DNA of 64,000 nucleotides from an uncultured virus (IMG/VR IMGVR_UViG_2061766007_000275) (Duplodnaviria; Heunggongvirae; Uroviricota; Caudoviricetes): IMG/VR virus record IMGVR_UViG_2061766007_000275; one strand, 5' to 3'. Shown piece by piece: positions 58,719 to 64,000 of this stretch (position 1 is its first letter; each line of letters starts with the position of its first letter). The notes under the pieces were generated by a model. It saw only the letters and a program-made list of their open reading frames with translations, ran no database searches and was not told where the DNA came from. The position numbers and the translations under genes were made by a program.

Positions 58719-59648
58719 ATGCCAACAATCATTTTAATAATAGGAATTCTTTGTTTGATTGGTGGCAGTATATTATATTGGGGAGCTTGTCAAATAAAAG
58801 TTATCCGTCAAAGTGAACAACAAAAGATAGATAATGATATTGATAAAGCTAAAAATGAACAAATATTAGTTCTTGCAAGATTAGAAGAATTAAGAAGAAA
58901 TAAAGAAGATTTAAATAAAGAAATAAAAGATTTAGAAAATTTTAGAACTAACTCAATAGCAAAAACAGAAGAAGAATTAAAGAACTATAAAGAATATATT
59001 GCTATTCAAGAAAAACAATTAAAAGAAGAATATGAAAACAAAACTAACTATCTTGAAAATGTTTATATAGAAAAAAATGGAACATTATTTGAAGAATATA
59101 AACAAAAGAAAGAAGAATTAAATATTTTAAGAGAAAGCTTACGTGCGGGCGCGGAAGCCGCAACGCGCGCAAGGGAAATAAAAGAAAAGCAAGATTTTTA
59201 TAAGCTTAAAGTAACCGATAAGGATTTAAGAGATATTAAATTATTAAATGACTTCAAGTTACAACTTACTAATCCAGTTATATTAAGTAAACTTATCTGG
59301 AGTCAATATTTCTTAAACGAGGCTTCCGCATTATGTAGAAGAGTTTTGGGAGAAGGAAAGAAGTGTGGTATCTATAAGATAACCAACCTAGATACAGATC
59401 AGTGTTATATTGGACAAAGCGTAGATATCGCCCAGAGATGGAAAGATCACATCAAGTGCGGTCTTGGCATAGAGGCTCCCGCAACAAATATACTTTATAA
59501 TAATATGCAGAAAGATGGTGTTTGGAACTTTACTTTTGAATTAATAGAAGAATGTCCTAAAGATCAACTTAACGCTAAAGAAAAACAATGGATTGATTTT
59601 TACAACTCAGCCGAGTTGGGATATAATAAAACACGGGGTAATAATTAA
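58719..59648 (+). CDS. TM, coiled coil and C-terminal GIY-YIG nuclease
   Basis: Hydrophobic N-terminus; GIYKIT..YIGQS..RWKDH..GYN. Confidence 0.8.
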   Translation: MPTIILIIGILCLIGGSILYWGACQIKVIRQSEQQKIDNDIDKAKNEQILVLARLEELRRNKEDLNKEIKDLENFRTNSIAKTEEELKNYKEYIAIQEKQLKEEYENKTNYLENVYIEKNGTLFEEYKQKKEELNILRESLRAGAEAATRAREIKEKQDFYKLKVTDKDLRDIKLLNDFKLQLTNPVILSKLIWSQYFLNEASALCRRVLGEGKKCGIYKITNLDTDQCYIGQSVDIAQRWKDHIKCGLGIEAPATNILYNNMQKDGVWNFTFELIEECPKDQLNAKEKQWIDFYNSAELGYNKTRGNN

Positions 59649-60259
59649 TGAAAATCGAGAATTTAAAAGTATATGACTTAGAAGAATCAATTAAAGCATC
59701 TGGTTATCCAATGAGGACAGAGCTGGATGAAAATGGAGTAGAAACTAAAGATTTAAAAAGATGTTTTAACTTAACCAAAGCTTCCAATGGCAATGGCGCA
59801 CATGGTCAGTGGATGACAGGTGTTAGAGTTGCTTTTGATTTAACCTGTACTAATAAAATGTGGGTTGAAGCTGAGCGTTATAGATTTTTAGAATTTGTAT
59901 CAAGTCAATCTACAATGCATCGTATTACAAAATTTGATATAAAATCACAATGCTGTAAGTATGTAGATGATCGTATTATACAGATAATTAATGAAAAAAT
60001 AGTTGCTTATAATTCTAATCCTACACCAGATAATTATTTAGCTATCTTATATAATGTTCCTTCAGGGTTCGAATTAACAGCTAGATTAACAACTGATTAT
60101 CGTTGTTTATTAAATATATACATTCAAAGACATGACCATAGATTACCAGAGTGGAGAGAGTTCTGCGAATATATCAGATGGAATCTTCCATATTTCAATG
60201 AATTAATTGAAGCTTATAAAGGTGAAGAATTTGAAAATGTGTTTAGTGTAAAACCTTAA
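59648..60259 (+). CDS. Divergent ThyX-like protein
   Basis: H..., ERYR..VSSQSTMH, P..F, QR..H.LPEW resemble the ThyX layout. Confidence 0.5.
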   Translation: MKIENLKVYDLEESIKASGYPMRTELDENGVETKDLKRCFNLTKASNGNGAHGQWMTGVRVAFDLTCTNKMWVEAERYRFLEFVSSQSTMHRITKFDIKSQCCKYVDDRIIQIINEKIVAYNSNPTPDNYLAILYNVPSGFELTARLTTDYRCLLNIYIQRHDHRLPEWREFCEYIRWNLPYFNELIEAYKGEEFENVFSVKP

Positions 60260-60324
60260 TCATTGATTTTTTATAAAATTTTTGTTATAATATATATAGA
60301 AAATAAGAAAGGAATAATATTATA

Positions 60325-60663
60325 ATGAAATTATCTATGGCGGAAAAGAAAAAACAAATTAAAGAATTTATTGATTATTGTGAAACATTAGATTTTCAAC
60401 CGGAAAATGGGGCTAAAGAATTTTATGAACTTCTTCAACAGTATATTGTAACAGAAGAGCCTCTTCCCGAAAAGTCTGCTGCCCTATTAACATTTATGCA
60501 GGAGCATAAGGAAGAATATAAAAACTTATTTACTTCAGCGGCAGTCGCTACTGCAATGGAAACTTCAGGTAAATCTATAGCAGGCTCGATGCGTTCTCTC
60601 GTATCTAAGGGATATGTAGAGAAGATCCAGTCTACTCCAATAACATACTCGCTTGTAGAATGA
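60325..60663 (+). CDS. Winged-helix protein
   Basis: SGKSIAGSMRSLVSKGYVEK..P..YSL. Confidence 0.65.
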   Translation: MKLSMAEKKKQIKEFIDYCETLDFQPENGAKEFYELLQQYIVTEEPLPEKSAALLTFMQEHKEEYKNLFTSAAVATAMETSGKSIAGSMRSLVSKGYVEKIQSTPITYSLVE

Positions 60664-60746
60664 TGCGAGTGATTGACATTTTAAAAAATTTTTGATATAA
60701 TAAATATATAAAGTAAAAAACAAAGAAAAAATTAAGGAGAAAAAAA

Positions 60747-61682
60747 ATGAGAAAGAATTTAAACAAAGAAACAATTACAGGAAGACTTTTTGATCACACA
60801 CTTGAAGCAAAGGTATCACAGAAAGGTGTTCCTTACATCGGCGGAGTTCTTGAGATCGCAGTTGATGAGGAAGGTTTAAATGTAATCCCGGTTACTTTCA
60901 CATATGTAGCTGAGACTTATCCTTCAAGCGGCAAGGCAAATAAGAACTATCCTGTTCTTCAGCAGCTTTTAAATGCAAAGACTTGGAAGAACAATGGTAA
61001 GGCTGAAGCCGTTATGGTTAAGTGTGACAGCGCAACACTTGGAGTTAACAACTTCGTAGGTAGAGATGGAAATATGGTTGCTGCAATGAGAAATGAAGGT
61101 AGTTTCGTTTCAATCGTAACCAAGCTTCCCGATGAAGCAGAGAGAGCAACATTCTCAGTTGATATTATCATCAACAGAGTAACTGAGAAAGAAGATGCAG
61201 ATGGTAATAGTCTTGGATATGATGAAGTTGGTGGAAGAATCTTCTGCTATCCCGGAATGGCAGTTCCTGTAACTCTTATTGTAAGAATTCCTGAAGGAAT
61301 TAAGTACTTTGAAGGTCTTGATGCATCAAATGATAATCTTATCTATACAAATGTTCGTGGTAAGATTGAGTCTGTTACAACTACAAAGCAGATCGTTGAA
61401 GAGTCAGCATTTGGTGGTGATTCTGTAAGAACCGTTGAGCGTACAACAAAAGCTTGGGTTATTGAGAAAGCTAATCCTGTTCCTTTCGATCTTGGCTCAG
61501 AAGAGACAATGACAGACGCTGATGTTCAGGCAGCTCTTCAGGCATATGAAGTTCATCTTGCAGAAGTTAAGAAGAACTATGATGAATATCAGGCTAAGAA
61601 GAATGGCGGAGATACTCTTCCCTTTAGCGCTACCGCCTCAACCCCCGCGCCTGCTCAGAAAGCAAAGTTCGCAGGATTTTAA
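60747..61682 (+). CDS. Probable phage ssDNA-binding protein
   Basis: OB-like beta pattern, flexible F-ending tail, replication context. Confidence 0.55.
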   Translation: MRKNLNKETITGRLFDHTLEAKVSQKGVPYIGGVLEIAVDEEGLNVIPVTFTYVAETYPSSGKANKNYPVLQQLLNAKTWKNNGKAEAVMVKCDSATLGVNNFVGRDGNMVAAMRNEGSFVSIVTKLPDEAERATFSVDIIINRVTEKEDADGNSLGYDEVGGRIFCYPGMAVPVTLIVRIPEGIKYFEGLDASNDNLIYTNVRGKIESVTTTKQIVEESAFGGDSVRTVERTTKAWVIEKANPVPFDLGSEETMTDADVQAALQAYEVHLAEVKKNYDEYQAKKNGGDTLPFSATASTPAPAQKAKFAGF

Positions 61683-61710
61683 TTCGTAATTAAGAGAGGG
61701 AGAAAATGTT

Positions 61711-62700
61711 ATGGCTATTGATTTATTAACTTTACAACCCCACAAGGTCTCTCGAGACCTTAGTGGGTATATTATATATGTTTATGGAGCAATTAAAACA
61801 GGTAAGACCACAATGGCTACTGAAGCTGGTGATGCATTGTTATTCGCTTTTGAAAAAGGTTATAACGCATTACCCGGAGTTATTGCATTAGATGTAACTA
61901 GTTGGAAAGATGTAAGAGATGCAGTTAAAGATTTAAAGAGAGAAGAAGTTAAAGCAAGGTTTAAATCAGTTATTTTTGATACTGTTGATATAGCTGGTAT
62001 TCTTTGTGAGAAATGGGTATGTGCCCAGAAGGGTGTAAGTACTATAGCTGATGCCGGTGCATATGGTGCTGGTTGGAATATTCTCAAAAGAGAGTTTGAA
62101 GATATTGTAAGACAGATTACTCAGTTAGGATATGCTGTATTTTTTATCTCTCACGATAAGGATAAAGAATTTACTCGTAAAGATGGAACAAAGTATAATC
62201 AGATCGTTCCCACCTGTCCTTCATCTTTTAATAATATTTGTAAGAATGCTGCAGATATCTATGGTTACGCAGAAAAGTATCAAGATGAAAATGGAACAGC
62301 AAAGGTAAGATTAATCCTTAGATCTCCTGATGACTCAGTTGAAACTGGTTGCAGATTTAAGTATATTGAACCTATTATTGAAATGGGCTATGAACCATTA
62401 AAGAAAGCAATCAATGATGCTATTGACAAAGAAGCTAAAGAGCATGACGGAAAATTCGTAACAGATGAAAGAGAAGCTATTACAACTCAAAAGACTTATG
62501 ACTTTGAAGGATTAATTAATGAGTTCAACGAAATTACAATGGCTATGATGGATGAAGATCCTGCTTACTATCAGCCAAGAATAATTGATTTAGTAACAAG
62601 AATTCTTGGGCCCGGAAAGAAAGTAAATGAAGCTACTATCCAACAGGTAGAATTAATAGCAGAGATTGTTGAATCTCTAAAAGATATGAAGAAGAAATAA
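61711..62700 (+). CDS. AAA_24/Sak4-like ATPase
   Basis: YGAIKTGKTT, FEKG, IFDT, FISH. Confidence 0.75.
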   Translation: MAIDLLTLQPHKVSRDLSGYIIYVYGAIKTGKTTMATEAGDALLFAFEKGYNALPGVIALDVTSWKDVRDAVKDLKREEVKARFKSVIFDTVDIAGILCEKWVCAQKGVSTIADAGAYGAGWNILKREFEDIVRQITQLGYAVFFISHDKDKEFTRKDGTKYNQIVPTCPSSFNNICKNAADIYGYAEKYQDENGTAKVRLILRSPDDSVETGCRFKYIEPIIEMGYEPLKKAINDAIDKEAKEHDGKFVTDEREAITTQKTYDFEGLINEFNEITMAMMDEDPAYYQPRIIDLVTRILGPGKKVNEATIQQVELIAEIVESLKDMKKK

Positions 62701-62704
62701 TACT

Positions 62705-62733
62705 TAAGGCACCTAGGTTCTAGGTGCCTTATT
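62705..62733 (+). terminator. Hairpin/terminator
   Basis: TAAGGCACCTAG/CTAGGTGCCTTA inverted repeat. Confidence 0.6.
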
Positions 62734-62791
62734 TGACTTTATAAAAAAATTTTGATATAATTATTATATAAAGAATAAAAAGGAGTTTTGT

Positions 62792-63310
62792 ATGGCTAAG
62801 GCGATAGTTAAATGTCTTTATTGCGGCGTGCAGTTTGATAGGCTCACAGAACCTTGTGTCAAAATAAAAACTCGTTATGCTCATGAACAATGTGCTAAAG
62901 AGCATGAAGAGAAGATCCCGCAAGATAAAAAAGATGAAGAAGCTTTAAAGAATTATATCAAAGAAAGATTTAAAGAAAGTGCGAATTGGGCATTAATTAA
63001 CAAACAATTAAAAACTTATATCAGTTCAGGAGATTATACATATAAAGGAATATTAAAAACATTACAATATTGGTATGACTTAAAGCATAATGATATAAGC
63101 AAAGCCAAAGGCGGTTTAGGTATTATCCCATATGTATATGGTCAAGCACTGGATTATTATTATAACTTGTATTTAGCTCAACAAGTAAATGAAGGCAAAG
63201 ATATCTCAGTTATAACTCAATCAAAAGAAATAACAATCAGATATCCAGAAAGAAAAACTAAACCATTTAAACTACATAACTTGGAGGATATAGAAGAAGA
63301 TGAAGAGTAA
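62792..63310 (+). CDS. Zn-binding protein upstream of helicase, possible loader
   Basis: CLYC..H..C; GLGIIPYVY. Confidence 0.55.
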   Translation: MAKAIVKCLYCGVQFDRLTEPCVKIKTRYAHEQCAKEHEEKIPQDKKDEEALKNYIKERFKESANWALINKQLKTYISSGDYTYKGILKTLQYWYDLKHNDISKAKGGLGIIPYVYGQALDYYYNLYLAQQVNEGKDISVITQSKEITIRYPERKTKPFKLHNLEDIEEDEE

Positions 63311-64000
63311 GTATACAGATTTAGTTTCAATTATTCAGGTATTAGGTGGCATTTATAGTAATCCACAGTTACTTGATAACACAGATAAATATCATCTTCT
63401 TGCAGATGACTTCCCGGAAGCTTTTCATAAAATAATATATGAAACTATTGATAATCTTCATATGTTAGGTGCAAAGCAGATCACACCTTCCGCAGTAGAA
63501 GATTATCTTGAGCAACGTCCTAAACAGTTAGCAATTTTTAAGGCAAACAAAGGAATTGAGTATCTACAAGAGTTACAAGATAAAAGTTTATTAGCTACTT
63601 TTGATTATTATTACAATAGAATGAAAAAGTTCACTCTATTGAGAATGTACGACAATTATGGTGTTGATGTAAAGTGGTTATATGACCCAGACAACATCTT
63701 AGATATAAAGAAGAAACAAGAACAAGAAGATTGGTTAGATAATATCGAACTTCAAAAGATAGCAGATATTATAGATGAAAGAATTGAAAGAGTTCGTATA
63801 ACTTATGCGGACAATGGTGCGGGAGAAGCAACCCAGGCAGGTGAAGGAGTTTTAGATCTACTTGAGTCATTAAAAGAAAATCCTGAAGTTGGCTATCCAT
63901 TGTTTGGAACTTACATTAACTCAATCTTCAGAGGTGCAAGATTAGGCAAGTTTTATCTTCGTTCTGCGGCAACTGGTGTTGGTAAGACACGTAGTATGAT
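63300..64000 (+). CDS. DnaB-like replicative helicase (runs off window)
   Basis: Manual translation MKSKYTDL..DDFPEAFHKIIY..GARLGKFYLRSAATGVGKTR (Walker A). Confidence 0.8.
   Translation, partial: MKSKYTDLVSIIQVLGGIYSNPQLLDNTDKYHLLADDFPEAFHKIIYETIDNLHMLGAKQITPSAVEDYLEQRPKQLAIFKANKGIEYLQELQDKSLLATFDYYYNRMKKFTLLRMYDNYGVDVKWLYDPDNILDIKKKQEQEDWLDNIELQKIADIIDERIERVRITYADNGAGEATQAGEGVLDLLESLKENPEVGYPLFGTYINSIFRGARLGKFYLRSAATGVGKTRSM

Noticed and set aside
45948..64000. Bacterial chromosome flank (gyrB, gyrA, ligA)
   Set aside because: Linked to tail fibres, holin/lysin, Sak4-like ATPase and repeated phage-style promoters, with no bacterial gene order
38804..64000. Stop-codon reassignment
   Set aside because: Genes are full length and densely packed in the standard code

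Overview
All viral, in at least two parts joined across N gaps. (A) 1-34785 is a near-complete ~35 kb temperate HK97-type siphophage of a Clostridia-like host, mostly on the minus strand and apparently opened near cos. It has replication, lysogeny (cI/cro/xis/int), an intact attP carrying the 3' half of tRNA-Lys(UUU), lysis, tail and head modules. (B) 34796-~38800 is a second lysis module plus a second, diverged copy of an uncharacterised cassette also found at 12.3-15.7 kb: LuxR-like HTH, 85-aa protein, Cys/His/Asp putative peptidase, two Q/P/N-rich proteins and a Gly-rich/CCCD coiled-coil protein. Only the first copy also shows the BclA-C-like and Tyr/Arg-rich genes. (C) ~38800-64000 is an AT-rich segment of a large phage with mosaic tail fibres, a GAF-less CodY homologue, an FNT channel, PIN-PhoH, holin/lysin, gyrB split by a group I intron with a GIY-YIG endonuclease, gyrA, NAD ligase, ThyX-like, SSB, Sak4-like ATPase and a partial DnaB. 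The best candidate for an undescribed system is the twice-present cassette with its conserved non-coding elements. All calls are by eye; no database searches were run.
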